A DNA stretch of 64,000 nt. It comes from Mobula birostris (taxonomy: Eukaryota). Shown one piece after another: positions 11,545 through 23,945 of the stretch. The notes under the pieces were generated by a model. It saw nothing but the letters and a program-made list of their open reading frames with translations. It searched no databases and was not told where the DNA came from. Numbering within the stretch: position 1 is the first letter of the stretch; every line of letters begins with the position of its first letter. The stretch spans positions 188,015,998 to 188,079,997 of the forward strand of contig NC_092373.1 of assembly GCF_030028105.1 (NCBI RefSeq), given 5' to 3'. The position numbers and the translations under genes were made by a program.

Positions 11545-13255
11545 CAGGTGTGTTTAAGGATATCTTCAATCTCTCATTGCTGTAGTCGGAGGTTCCCACC
11601 AGCTTCAAGAGGGTGCAATGTTCAAGAAGGGCAGAGTGAGCTGCTTAACAACCATCGCCCAATGGCACTCACATTTATTTGATGAACGAGGTGGTCTGAG
11701 AACTTGGTCATGGCTGGAATCAACTCCCGCCTAGGCAAGAACCTGGACCTGCTGCAATTTGCCTATTGCCACAATAGGCCTTCAGTGAGTGCAAACTCAT
11801 TGGCTCTCCAGTTGGCATTGGATCACCTGGACAACAGTAATACATAAATCATACTCCTGTTTATTGACTACAGCTCAGATTTCAACAGGATCATTCCACT
11901 GGTTCTAATCAACAAGTTCCAAACTCTGAGTCTTTGCACCTCCCTCTGCAATAGGATTCTTGACTTCCTCACCAGAAGACCACACTTTGTATGGATCAGA
12001 AATAACATCTCCTGACTGGCACACCTCAATGATGTGTACTCAGCCCACTGCTTCACACCACTGATTGTGTGGCTAGGCACAGCTCAAACACCATCTGTAG
12101 ATTTGCCGACAACACATCTATTGTTGGCAGATTTCAGATGGTGACAAGGAAGCCTACAGGAGCGAGATAGATCAGCAGGTTGAGTGGTGTCGCACTCAAC
12201 ATCAATCAGACCAAGGAATTGATTATGGACTTCATGAAGGGAGTATCAGTTCAGTGGTGTGTGCCCAGCCCACTGCTCTAGTTCTTTTATTCCCATGACT
12301 GTGTAGCTATGTGTAGCTCAAATGCCATCTATAAATTTGCTGATGATACAACCATTGTTGATAGACTGTCAGATAGAGATGAGAGGGTGTACAGGAGCAA
12401 AATATACCAGCTAGTTAAGTGGTGTCATAGCAGCAATCTTGCACTCAAAGTCAGTAAGATGAAAGAGTTGATTGTAGAATTCAAGAAGGGTAAGCCAGGG
12501 AACACAAACCAATCCTCAGAGAAGGATCAGAAGTGGAGAGAGTGAGCAATTTCAAGTTTGTGGGTGTCAAACTCTCTGAGGTTCTAACCTGGTCCCAACA
12601 TATCGCTGCAGTTATAAAGAAGGCATAACAGCAGCTATATCTTATTAGGAGTTTGAAGAGATTTGCTTTGTCACCTAAAACACTCAAAAACTTATATAGA
12701 TGTAACTTGGAGAACATTCTGACAGGCTGCATCACTGTCTGGTATTTGGGGGGGGGGGGGCTACTGCATAGGAATGAAAGAAGCCACAGAAAGTTGTGAA
12801 ATTAGTCAGCTCCATCTTGGGTACTAGCCTCCATAATGTCCAAGACGTCTTCAACGAGTGGTGCCTTAGAAAGTTGGCGATCATTATTAAGGACCCCCAT
12901 CACCCAGGACATGCCCTGCTCTCATTGTTACCAACAGGAAGGAGGTACAGAAGCTTGAGGGAACACACTCAGTGATTCAGGAACTGTTTCTTCCCCTCTG
13001 CCATAAAATTCCTAAATGGACATTGAACCCATGAACACTACCTCACTTTATATATAATTTCTATGTAAGGAAGCCTACTGTTGCTTTTCAGGGATAATCT
13101 AACTATTTAATATACATACATATATATTTATTGTAATTGATTTACTTATTTATTTTTTCTCTCTATATTATCATATATTGCATTGTACTACTGCTGCTAA
13201 GTTAATAAATTTCATGACACATGTTGGTGATTATAAACCTGATCCTAATTCTGAT
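11545..13255 (+). mobile_element. Rex1/Babar LINE, two tandem segments with a repeated RT region
   Basis: The RT motif (FAD.T...GR.SDGD) occurs twice, near 12100 and 12335 (IYKFADDTTIVDRLSD); (GATTCT)n tail. Confidence 0.85.
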
Positions 13256-13829
13256 TCTTTTATTAAAGCTGATTCAGATTCTGGTTCGGATTCTGATTAC
13301 TAACAACTAACAGTTAGGCAAGAAAGGTTGAGTCATAGAGTCATAGAACTATACAACATGAAAACAAGCCTTATGCCTAACTTATCCCCAACAATAACGG
13401 CGCCTTTCTGAGCTAATCCCATTTCCCTGTACTTAGTCTATATCTCTCTAAAGCTATCCTGTCTATCTGCCTCCCTGCTGAGATTCTTCTCCTGGACCTC
13501 TTCCCATCCGTATGGAAGCCATGTTATCACAAAAGGAACCTATTAGCTCATTCTGTAATTACAATCACAAAATTCAAAGCAATGCAAAATAACATTAATG
13601 AGACTAATTCAAACTAAGTTGCATTGATCATTGTTATTATCTCAGAATTATAATATTGTTTAATTGTGAACTGAAGGAGGGAGAAGGGTGGCAAATAGGT
13701 TAGGGTTGTCTTTGATAACTTCCCTTGTTAAGATGGAACAATACCCTTTTTCATTGAGGATAAGCAGAAAGATCTGGGTCATTTTGAAGAATAAGTTAAT
13801 AATATAAATGAAATAATCAAAAAATGGAG

Positions 13830-13992
13830 CTAAGAGGCTGTAGATGCTGGAATCTGGAGCAAAATTCAATCAGCAGGAGGAAGTCAATGGATGACCAGTC
13901 CTGATACAGGGTTTCGATTAGAAATATTGATCATTCCTCTACCTCCACAGATGCTACCTGACACACTCTATTACACCAGGACCTTCTTTTTT
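13830..13992. repeat. Fold-back Penelope terminal-repeat relic with degenerate hammerhead motif
   Basis: Left arm ctgtagatgctggaatctggagca...cagcaggaggaa. Right arm cagtc-CTGATAC-agggtttcgatta-GAAA-tatt...ccacagatgctacctga. Confidence 0.6.
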
Positions 13993-14109
13993 GAAAAGTA
14001 TAAATCATTGGTGGGGTGGGGTCAGGTGCTGATATGGTTCTGCAGGTAGCTGTTCAACTTGGAACCAGATTCGCCTCTTTAAAAATTGACAGTGAAGCAT
14101 GACTCGCAA

Positions 14110-15875
14110 ATACATCCAGGAACTAGTGGGAATATAGAGGAATGGGAAGCTTTTAAAAACCAACAGAAGGCAACTACAAAAGTCAGAAAGAGAGAAGAGA
14201 TTAAATATGAAGGGAAGCTAGCCAATAATATAAAAGAGGTTACAAAAGTTTTTTTTAGATATATAAAGAATAAAAAAAAGAGTGAATATCAGACCACTGG
14301 AAAATGACAGCAGAGAAGTAGTAATGGGGGACAAAGAAATGGCAGACAAACTTAATAAGTATTTTGTATCAGTCTTCACTGTGGCAAACACAAGCGGGGT
14401 GCTATTACTAAGGAGAAGGTGGTTGGGAAGCTGATAGGTCAGAATGACTACACACCAGGGTCCTGAAAGAGGGGACTGAAGAGATTGTGGAGGCATTAGT
14501 AATGATCTTTCAAGAATCACAAGATTCTGGAATAGTTCCGGAGGACTGTAAAATTGTAATTGTCACTCCACTCTTTAAGAAAGGAGTGGGACAGAAGAAA
14601 GAAAATTAGGCCAGTCGGCTGGACTTCAGTGGTTGGAAAGATGGTATATGTATTATTAAGGAAGTGGTTTCAGGGCTTGTAGGTACATGACAAAAATAGG
14701 CCAAAGTCAGCACGATTTTCTAAAGGGGAAATTTTGCCTGACAAATCTGTTGGAATTCGTTGAGCAAATAACAGGCAGGGTAGACAAAGAAGAGTCAGTG
14801 AATGTTCCTTACTTGGCCATACATGAGGCATTACAGAAAAGATACTAGAATGGACAGAGCACTGGCAAAGAGTGGGAATAAAGGGAGCCCTTTCTAATTG
14901 GCTTCCAATGACTAGTGGTATTCTTGGGTTAGTGTTTCATTTCACATTATATGTCAATTATTTGGATGAAAGAATTGATGATTTTGTGGCGATACAAAGA
15001 CGATACAAAGATGGGTGAGGGACAAGTAGTGTTAAGAAAGCAGGGTGTCAGCAGTAGGACATAGACTGAGAGAGAAGTGGCAGATGGAAATGAGCATAGG
15101 GAAGTGCACGATCATGCACATTGGTAGAAGGAATAAAGGCACGGACTATTTTCTAAATGGGGCGAAAACTCAAAAATCAGAGATGCAAAGGGATCTTGTG
15201 TGGGATTTCTCAAAGGTTAACTTGCAAATTGAGTCAGTGGTAAGGAAGGCAAATGCAACGTTTTGACGGGACTAGAATAAAACGCAACAATGTAATGCTG
15301 AGGCTTTTTTAGGCATTGGTCAGACTGTACTTGGACTATTATGAGCAGTTTTGGGCCCCTGATCTAAAAAAGGATGTGCTGGGTTTGGAGAGGGTCCAGC
15401 AGAGGTTCTCGAGAATGTTCCCAGGAATGAAAGGGTTAATGTATGAGGAGGATTTGTTGGTTCTAGGCTTGTACCTGCTGGAGTTTAGAAGAATGACAGG
15501 CTCTCATTGAAACCTATCGAATATTGAAAGGCATAGATAGAGTGGAAGTGGAGAGGATGTTTCCTCTAGTGTGGGAATCTAGGACCAGAGGGTACAGCCT
15601 CAGAATAGAGAAACATCTCTTTAGAACAAAGTTGAGGAGGAGCTTCTTTAGCCAGAATGTGGTGAATCTGAAGAATTCATTGCCACAGACATCCGTGCAG
15701 GCTAAGTCACTGGATATATTGAAGGCAGAGGTTGATAGGTTCCTGATTGATCAGGGTCTCAAACGTTATGGGGAGAAGACAGGAGAATGGATTGAGAGGG
15801 ATAATAAATCAGCCATGATGGAATGGTGGAACAGACTCAATGGGCTGAATGGCCTCATTCTACTCCTCTGCTAAA
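14110..15875 (+). mobile_element. CR1 LINE ORF2 relic with internal deletions
   Basis: KYEGKLANNIK...FFRYIK; SG.VPED....VTPLFKKG; LVRLYLDYYEQFWAP.LKKDVL.LERVQ; CR1 3' UTR. Confidence 0.9.
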
Positions 15876-16412
15876 TAACATGCCAGCCTTCAGAAAAGCT
15901 AACAGTATGAGCAAATGTGTGGCTCCTTCACACTTTTTTTCAATATTTTTCCGATGATTCTGTTAGAATTGCCACAGAAAAAATGATTCCACTGAAATAA
16001 ATGAGACCACTTTTCTTGGAGACGTCCAGATTCTGCAATTAAATGACCTCCAGCAGCAAGACTCATTAGATGAAGCAGAATTAGAAAGCAGTATGTCAGG
16101 CACTCATCGCCCCTGGAGGAGATGGATTTACAGTGCAATTCTACATGGGATTTTTATTGAAATTGGACTTGTTATTAATTAGAGCTCACTCAGAAATGTT
16201 CCAGTACAAAAGCTTGTCTAACAACACTGGGATTAGCACTGGTCTCAGTTCTACTTAAGAAAAATGACGACCCTGTGCAATTTTATAGCTGCAGTTCCGA
16301 TCAGTGGTTTAATGTTGTAGAATCTGAGGGCACATGTGCACTTAACAAAGAGGTTGGCAGTGCAAAAATGAGAGTAACCACCATGAATTCTTTATCTTTT
16401 GTTTCTATTCAG

Positions 16413-16526
16413 ACTCCAGAAGAGCTGGAGGATGACTCGGACTTCGAGCAAGAAGACTATGATGTGCGCAGCCGGACAAGTGTTCAGACCGAGGATGACC
16501 AGCTTATTGCGGGGCAAAGCGCAAGG
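16413..16526 (+). CDS. CTNNA2: Internal coding exon of alpha-N-catenin (catenin alpha-2); acidic phospho-linker region; 114 bp, phase 0/0
   Basis: Translates TPEELEDDSDFEQEDYDVRSRTSVQTEDDQLIAGQSAR. This matches CTNNA2 (EDDSDFEQEDY) rather than CTNNA1 (DDSDFETEDF). Acceptor tttatcttttgtttctattcAG ends at 16412; donor GTGAGT starts at 16527. Confidence 0.97.
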
Positions 16527-16632
16527 GTGAGTGTCAGAGCTGGTTTGCTTTTACATTTTGTCCTCGTCAAGTTGAATAAATGAAGATTTAAAAAATTCTA
16601 AATATTCTAGAAGTTTTAAATATTCTGGGAAA

Positions 16633-16793
16633 CAGACTCAAAATGCTGGAGAAACTCTGCAAGCCAGGCAGCACCTATGGAAAAGAGTAAACAGTCGGTG
16701 TTTCAGGCCGAGATGCTGCCTGGCCTGCTGAGCTCCTCCACCTTTTTGTGTGTGTAGCTTTGGATTTCCAGCATCTGCAGATTTTCTCATGTT
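16633..16793. repeat. Fold-back Penelope terminal-repeat relic about 105 bp downstream of the CTNNA2 exon donor
   Basis: caaaatgctggagaaactctgcaagccaggcagca pairs with tgctgcctggcctgctgagctcctccacctttttg. Confidence 0.85.
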
Positions 16794-17689
16794 CGTTAAA
16801 TGCTGGTGTCTTTCTCACAGAAATGACCATCTTTGAAGAAATAGATATCAATATTCATTAAGTAAGTCTTTAACTGCCTTGTTAAATAGCAGACTGATAT
16901 ATATTACAGATCAGCTCAAGTCAGTAAATGTGGGCTAATATTGCTGGTTGCAGACCACTCCATGAGAAGGCAAAACAGACCTGTAACCAGATCCTTTAAT
17001 GTAGAGATGAAGTTCTGTTCAATAGTATTCTGTTTATGCCTAGGATTTGGATCTTGATTTCATGCTTTTACTCACTTCCTGATTAAATTGCAATGAAAAT
17101 TAAACTTCTGTAATTTCAGGTATATTGTCTGCATTTTTCCTTTCAGGTGATCCCTGTATTTGTCAAATACATTGGCACAGAGGAAAACTAAGTCACATGT
17201 AGTATTTTATCTAAATCTTATTGCCCCACAATATTCAGTGATCAAAAATAAAAATTGACATTTGTTATTCTTTCACCTTTTGTGTTAAGTATGTCACCAG
17301 TCCTTCACTGTTGATAACACAATGTCCTGGAACTTCCTGCCTGACAACACTATGGGAGTGCTTTTAACTGCAAGACTGTAACATCTCACCACCACTTTAC
17401 CAATTAAAGATTGGATAACGTGTGTTGGCTTTGTAAAATATCCTTTGAATGACTGATTAAGTCCATCTAAAATGCTAAATATATTCATGAATGTAGCCAG
17501 ATCTCCTTGAACTGAAGAAAATAGTTTTTCAGTCAAATGGATTTCCTCTGCTTTTCACTGAAAAAAATACAGATGAATAGAGTTACCACAGTTAATATGT
17601 GATGCACCTTTAAGGGAATAACATGAACAGATAATGTACCAGCTGTCAATAGGAATGAGCCCCAACATGCAAATGCTTACAGAGTAACT

Positions 17690-18015
17690 TCATTGTCACA
17701 TGTACTTCAAAACATTGAAACATACAGTGAAATGTGTCGTTTTTGTGTCACTGACAAACACAATCCAAGAATTATGCTGGGGGTAACCCACAAGAGTTGC
17801 CATGCGTCGAGCGATAATGTAGCATGTCCACAATTTATTAACCTTAAACCGGACGTCTTTGGAATGTGGGAGAAAACCAGAGTACCTGGAGGAAACCCAT
17901 GCAGTCATGGGGAGAATGTACAAACTCTATACAGCCAAAGCTGAGAATCAAATGCCAAACAATGATTGCTGGTGCTGTAAAGAGATTGCACTAATCTTTA
18001 AACTACTATGATGCC
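17690..18015 (-). mobile_element. V-domain SINE with Rex1-like tail
   Basis: Reverse of ctttggaatgtgggagaaaaccagagtacctggaggaaacccatgcagtcatggggagaatgtacaaactc; tail catgtgacaatga. Confidence 0.8.
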
Positions 18016-19269
18016 CTTACTGTATCCTAGATTCCTGGAACTAAGAATATTCACCATGTCCAGTTTGAGTAAGCAAGGGATAATCCCTGTACTGTTATGC
18101 TGTTCCTCCAGGCAAGGGGAGACCAGCCATTCTACAGTAATCAAAACCAGAATCTGGAGAAGCCACAAGCCAATTGTAAATACCTCTCAGAATGGCATCA
18201 CCATTAGCCAGCACATCACCTTCCTCAGAACATCATTCAGATTCTTAAATATAAAACATGTTGGAACATAACCAGGTAATATCTACTGAAAGAGAAATGA
18301 AGTTAAATTTTCATTTCAGCTCAAATGGGAAGCCATAGATAGAACACATTAATCTTGTTGCTGTCACCATGGATACTGCCTGGTCTGCTGAGTATTTTCC
18401 AGCACATTCTCTACTTATTTCGAATTTACAACATCCATATAATTCACCTTTATATTTCATTTCTATTTTGTTTTCCTTTCTTTTCTCCTTTACCAGTGAC
18501 TGTGCATTAAGTCCATATCCCCCACTATCTCTATGAAATTGCCTCATATATTTCAACACTGATGTTCAGAATGATTTCTGTGGATGTCAGGTCTTCAGTG
18601 TGCCTCAGGCAGAATTAATGACAGTAACCTTTCAAACATTTGTTGACGCATTTATTCAGACAAAGGAAATTTTACTCATTTGAATCAAAGAAATAAATCT
18701 CTTTGCATCACAGGGGACGTGTTAGTCCAACAAAAATCAATGATATTTCTCATTGATTCCTGACTGCTGTACCTGATATCAGACAGACATTTCAATAATA
18801 TGGCAGATGGATGGAATTTGAACTGTATTGATAATTTTAGCTTGATGGCAGATTTCAAAGAAGTACTTACTTTGTGTATTCAAGTGAATTTCCAATTAAA
18901 ACTGACACAAGACAGACCTAGATACTGGAGATCTGGATCAACAAACATATAAAATGCTGGAAGAATTCAGCAAGTCGGGCAACCTTTTTTGGAGGGAAAT
19001 GTATAGTTGATTTTTTTGGGTTGAGACCCTGCATTGCCCTTCAATGTATATGTATTGTTTCAATTAAAACTGAATAGTTGCATTAACGTAAGGTCACATC
19101 TTTATTGCATTAAGTCCTTAAAGCAAGAATCTGTCAGTGCTGGAAATGTAGAATAAAAGGAAAAAATGCTGGAAATATTCTGCAGTTTAGGTATCATCTG
19201 TGGAGTAGAGTTCACAATTCACCTTGGTGGTGAAAGATCAATAACCAGAAATCCTAACTATTTTAAACT

Positions 19270-20380
19270 ATTCTGACTATCTACCCCAATTATGCCTCTC
19301 ATAATTTTATAAACCTCTTTTAGGAGTCCCCTCAGACTCTGACAGTCCAGAGAAAACAATCTAAATTTATCCAAGTGTGTCCAAGTTTATCTGACCTTTT
19401 CATATAACTAATACTCTCCAATTCAAGGGTCGTCCTGGTGGACCATATCTTCAGCTACTGCAAAGCCTGATATCTTCCTGTAATGCAGCAACCAGAACTG
19501 CACACTTGTCAACCTGTGTTGACTCTTACAGAGGGCTATGGACTTGCACCCCAAGATCCCTCTGTACACCAGTTTTTCTAAGGTTTTTCCCATTTACTCT
19601 GTTTTGCTTTACATTTGACCACTCAAGTGCAACAACTCACATTCGTCTGAATTATATTCCATCTGCCACTCTTCCATCCGTGCCTCCAGTTGATCTGTAT
19701 CCTGGTGTATCCTTTGACAAACATGCTCACACTCCACAACTCCACCAATTCACTGTCCACCTATGATGCTATGAGAAAGTTGCTGTCGCATAATTAAGAA
19801 TGAGAAAAAGCTGCAGAAAGCTGCAAACTCAGCCAGCTCCATCATGGGCACTAGACTCCCCAGCACTGAGGAATCTTTAAAAGGCGATGCCTCAAAAAGG
19901 TGGCATCGATCATTAAGGACCCCGATCACCCAGGACATGTCTTCTTCTCATCGCTACCATCAGGGAGAAGATACAGGAGCCTGAAGCCACACACTCAGCG
20001 TTTTAGGAACATCTTCTTCTCCTCCGCTATCTGATTTCTGAACGGACCATGAATCCATGTCCTCGACCTCATAATTATATTTATTTTATTTATTTGGTGA
20101 TACAGTGCAGAGCAGACCCTTCCAGCCCTTTGAGCCATTCTGTCCCAGCAACCCTCGACATTATTGCTTAACCCTAACCTAATTAAAGGACAACTTACAA
20201 TGATAATTAACCTACCTGGTATGTCTGTGGATTGTGGGGGGAAGCACAAGCACCCGGGGAAAACCCATGCATTCCACAGGGAGGACGTACAGGACTCCTT
20301 ACAGATGGTACTGGAATTGAACTGTGAACTCTGATGCCCCGAGCTATAATTGTGTCACGCTGACTGCTATGCTACCTGGA
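19270..20380. mobile_element. Mosaic: CR1 relic (-, about 19270-19760), Rex1 3' piece (+, about 19795-20060), V-SINE (-, about 20085-20380)
   Basis: Family motifs recognised as in other copies in the window. Confidence 0.7.
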
Positions 20381-20487
20381 TACCTACAGTATATACATAG
20401 CCATTTCACAAAACATTTCACACCATGTACCAGTGATATTAAAGCTGATTCCGATTCTGATTCTGAACAAGTATTTTATGTTAGAGA

Positions 20488-23212
20488 CATAGAAACATAA
20501 AAAACCTACAGCACAATACGGGCCCTTCAGCCCACAAAGCTGTGCTGAACACTTCCTTACCTTAGAAATTACCTATTTTTCTAAGCTCCATGTATCTGTC
20601 CAGGAGTCTCTTAAAAGACCCTATCGTACCCGCATCCACCACCGTCACTGGCACACACTCACCACTCTCTGCGTAAAAAAATTACACCTGACATCTCCTC
20701 TGTACCTACTTCCAAGCACCTTAAAACTGTGCCGTCTTATGCTAGCCACTTCAGCCCTGGGAAAAAGCCTCTGACTATCCACACGATCAATGCCTGTCAT
20801 CACCTTATACACCTCTATCAGGTCGCCTCTCATCCTCTGTCGCTCCAAGGGAAAAAGGCCAAGTTCACTCAACCCATTCTCATAAGGCATGCTCCCCAAT
20901 CCAGGCAACATCCTTGTAAATCTCCTGGGCACCCTTTCTATGGTTTCCACATCCTTCCTGTAGTGAGGCGACTAGAACTGAGCACAGTACTCCAAGTGGG
21001 GTCTGACCAGGGTTCTATATAGCTGCAACATTACCTATTGGTTCCTGAACTCAGTCCCACGACTGATGAAGGCCAATACACCTTATGCTTTCTTAACCAC
21101 AGAGTCAACCTGCACAGCAGCTTTGAGTGTCCTATGAACTCAGACCCCAAGGTCCCTCTGATCCTCCACACTGCCAAGAGTCTTACCATTAATACTATAT
21201 TGTGCCATCATATTTGACCTACCAAAATGAACCATCTCACACTTACTTGGAATGAACTCCATCAACCACTTCTCAGCTCAGTTTTGCATCCTGTCAATGT
21301 CCCACTGTAACCTCTGGCAGCCCTCCACACTATCCACAACACCCCCAACCTTTGTGTCATCAGCAAATTTAATAACCCATCCCTCCACTTCCTCATCCAG
21401 ATCATTTATAAAAATCACAAAGAGTAGGGGTCCCAGAACAGATCTCTGAGGCACACCGCTGGTCACCGACTTCTATGCAGAATATGACCCGTCTACAACT
21501 ATTCTTTGCCTTCTGTGGGCAAGCCAGTTCTGGATCCACAAAGCAATGTCCTCTTGGATCCCATGCCTCCTTACTTTCTCAATAAGCCTTGCATGGGGTA
21601 CGTTATCAAATGCTGTGCTGAAATCCATATACAATATATCTACTGCTCTACCTCCATCAATGTGTTTAGTCACATCCTCAAAAATTGAATCAGGCTCGTA
21701 AGGCATGACCTGCTTTTGAGCAAGCAATGCTGAGTATTCCTAGTCATATTATGCCTCTCCAAATGTTCATAAATCCTGCCTCTCAGGATCTTCTCCATCA
21801 ACTTACCAACCACTGAAGTAAGATTCACTGGTCTATAATTTCCTGGGTTATCTCTGCTGCCTTTCTTGAGAAATGAAACAACATCTGCAACCCTCCAATC
21901 CTCCGGAACCTCTCCCGTCCCCATTGATGATGCAAAGATCATTGCCAAAGGCTCAGCAAACTCCTCCCTCTCTTCACACAATAGCCAAGGGTACATCTTG
22001 TCCGGTCCCAGTGACTTATCCAACCTGATGCTTTCCAAAAGCTCCAGCACATCCTCTTTCTTAATATCTACAAGCTCAAGCTTTACAGTCTGCTGTAAGT
22101 CTTCTCTACAATCGCCAAGATCCTTTTCCATAGTGAATACTGAAGCGAAGTATTCATTAAGTAGCTCTGCTATCTCCTCCGGCTCCATACACATTTTTCC
22201 ACTGTCACACTTGATTGGTCCTATTCTCTCATGTCTTATCCTCTTGCTCTTCACATACTAGTAGCATGCCTTGGGGTTTTCCTTAATCCTGCTGCCAAGG
22301 CCTTCTCATGACCCTTTCTGGCCCTCCTAATTCCTTTCTTAAGCTCCTTCCTGCTAGCCTTATGATCTTCTAGATCTCTATCATTACCTAGTTTTTTGAA
22401 CCTTTCGTAAGCTCTTCTTTTCTTCTTGACTAGAATTACAACAGCTTTTGTACACCATGGGTCCTGAACCCTACCATCCGTTCTCTGTCTCACTGGAATG
22501 TACCTATGCAGAACTCCACGCAAATATCCCCTGAACATTTGTCACATTTCTTCCGTATATTTCCCAGAGAACATTTGTTTCCAATTTATGCTTCCAAGTT
22601 CCTGCCTGATAGCCTGATATTTACCCTTACTCAAATTAAACGCTTTCCTAACTTGTCTGTTTCTATCCCTCTCCAATACTATGGTAAAGGACATAGAATT
22701 GTAATCACTATCTCCAGAATACTCTCCCACTGAGAGACCTGACACCTGACCAGGTTCATTTCCCAATACCAGATCAAGTACAGCCTCTCCTCTTGTAGGT
22801 TTATCTACATATTGTGTTAAGAAATCTTCCTGAACACACCTAACAAACTCCATCCCATCTCAACTCCTCACTCTAGGGAGATGCCAATCAATATTTGGGA
22901 AATTAAAACCTCCCACAGTGACAACTCTGTTATTATTACACCTTTCCATAATCTGTCTCCCTATCTGCTCGTCAATGTCCCTGCTACTATTGGGTGGTCT
23001 ATAAAAAACAGCCAGTAGAGTTATTGACCCTTTCCTGTTTCTAACTGCCACCCACAGAGAGTCCGCAGACAAGCCCTCCATGACTTCCTCCTTTTCTGCA
23101 GCCGTGACACTATCTCTGATCAACAGTGCCATGCCCCCACCTCTTTTGCCTCCCTCCCTGTCCTTTCTGAAACATCTAAAGCCTGGCACTCAAAGTAACC
23201 ATTCCTATCCCT
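20488..23212 (-). mobile_element. CR1 LINE ORF2 (AP endonuclease plus RT), 5'-truncated, about 2.7 kb, frameshifted
   Basis: ORFs 22860-23189 (FRKDREGGKRGGG.AL, FYRPPNS, GGFNFPNIDW), 22542-22853 (PTRGEAVLDLVL, SDYN), 21670-22254 (GEVPEDWRVADV, NYRPVNLTSVVGK), 21278-21466 (SGVPQRSVLGP, KFADDTK). (TTTCTATG)-like tail at about 20488. Confidence 0.95.
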
Positions 23213-23329
23213 GAGATTGAGATTATACAAGGAGTATGCGCACTTTAAAGAGTAGTTAAGACAGATATATGAAAAGTGTATCAAGCATTTGATGCACCCA
23301 GACATACAAAGCGATACACGAAGATGACA

Positions 23330-23945
23330 AGGCAGCACAGTAGCATAGTGATTAGCATAACGCTTTAAACCTCCCATGATTGGAGTTCGATTCCTGCCAC
23401 TGTCTGTAAGGAGTTTGTATGTTCTCCCATGAACGCGTGAGTTTCCCTGGGTGCTCCGGTTTCTTCCTACATGCCAGCAAACTGTATTGATTAGGGTTAG
23501 TAAATTGAGGGCATGCTATGTTGGCACCTGAAGTGTGCCAACGCTTGCAGATAGCCCCCAGCACGTACAAGGGATAATTGATATGTTCGTGGCCTAAGGT
23601 AGAAGGAGGTGAGTATTAACTTCAAACTTTCTGCATAATCACTCAAAGAGTTGAAATGCATGTGCATGTAACGAGAGCTGTTTAACTCATCTCCGTCTAC
23701 CTTAGGCCACAAACTTATCAATCACCCTGCTATGGGCACTTTCTGGAGGTCCAAGATCCGTATGCTCCATGACCGCTGGACTAAGTGTGTAAATGTAGGA
23801 GGGGACTATGTGCTAGGTTTTCTAAAATTGACTCCGTCTACTTTAGGCCATGAACTTATCAATCACCCCTCGTATTTGACTGAGTTGGTCATTAATGCAA
23901 ACTCTGTATGTTTTGATGTTTCGATGTACATGTGACAAAGCTAAT
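23330..23945 (+). mobile_element. V-domain SINE interrupted by a mariner-derived element
   Basis: tRNA-like head (tagcatagtg...gagttcgattcc), V core, and tail gatgtacatgtgacaaagctaat resuming after 23874. Confidence 0.8.
23568..23872 (+). mobile_element. Non-autonomous mariner element with TA TSD
   Basis: Left end TA|CAAGGGATAATTGATATGTTCGTGGCCTAAGGTAGAAGGAG; right end CTCCGTCTACTTTAGGCCATGAACTTATCAATCACCCCTCG|TA. Mariner transposase C-terminal relic IRMLHDRWTKCVNVGGDYV. Confidence 0.88.

Noticed and set aside
16275-16583. 102-aa ORF as a stand-alone gene
   Set aside because: Only 16413-16526 is catenin-coding; the flanks are intronic read-through beyond canonical splice sites.
17110-17195. 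Tandem tttcag|gt acceptor-like motifs followed by VIPVFVK, faintly like an alpha-catenin exon start
   Set aside because: Stops after 14 codons, lies out of exon order, and the GT donors are poor; chance similarity.
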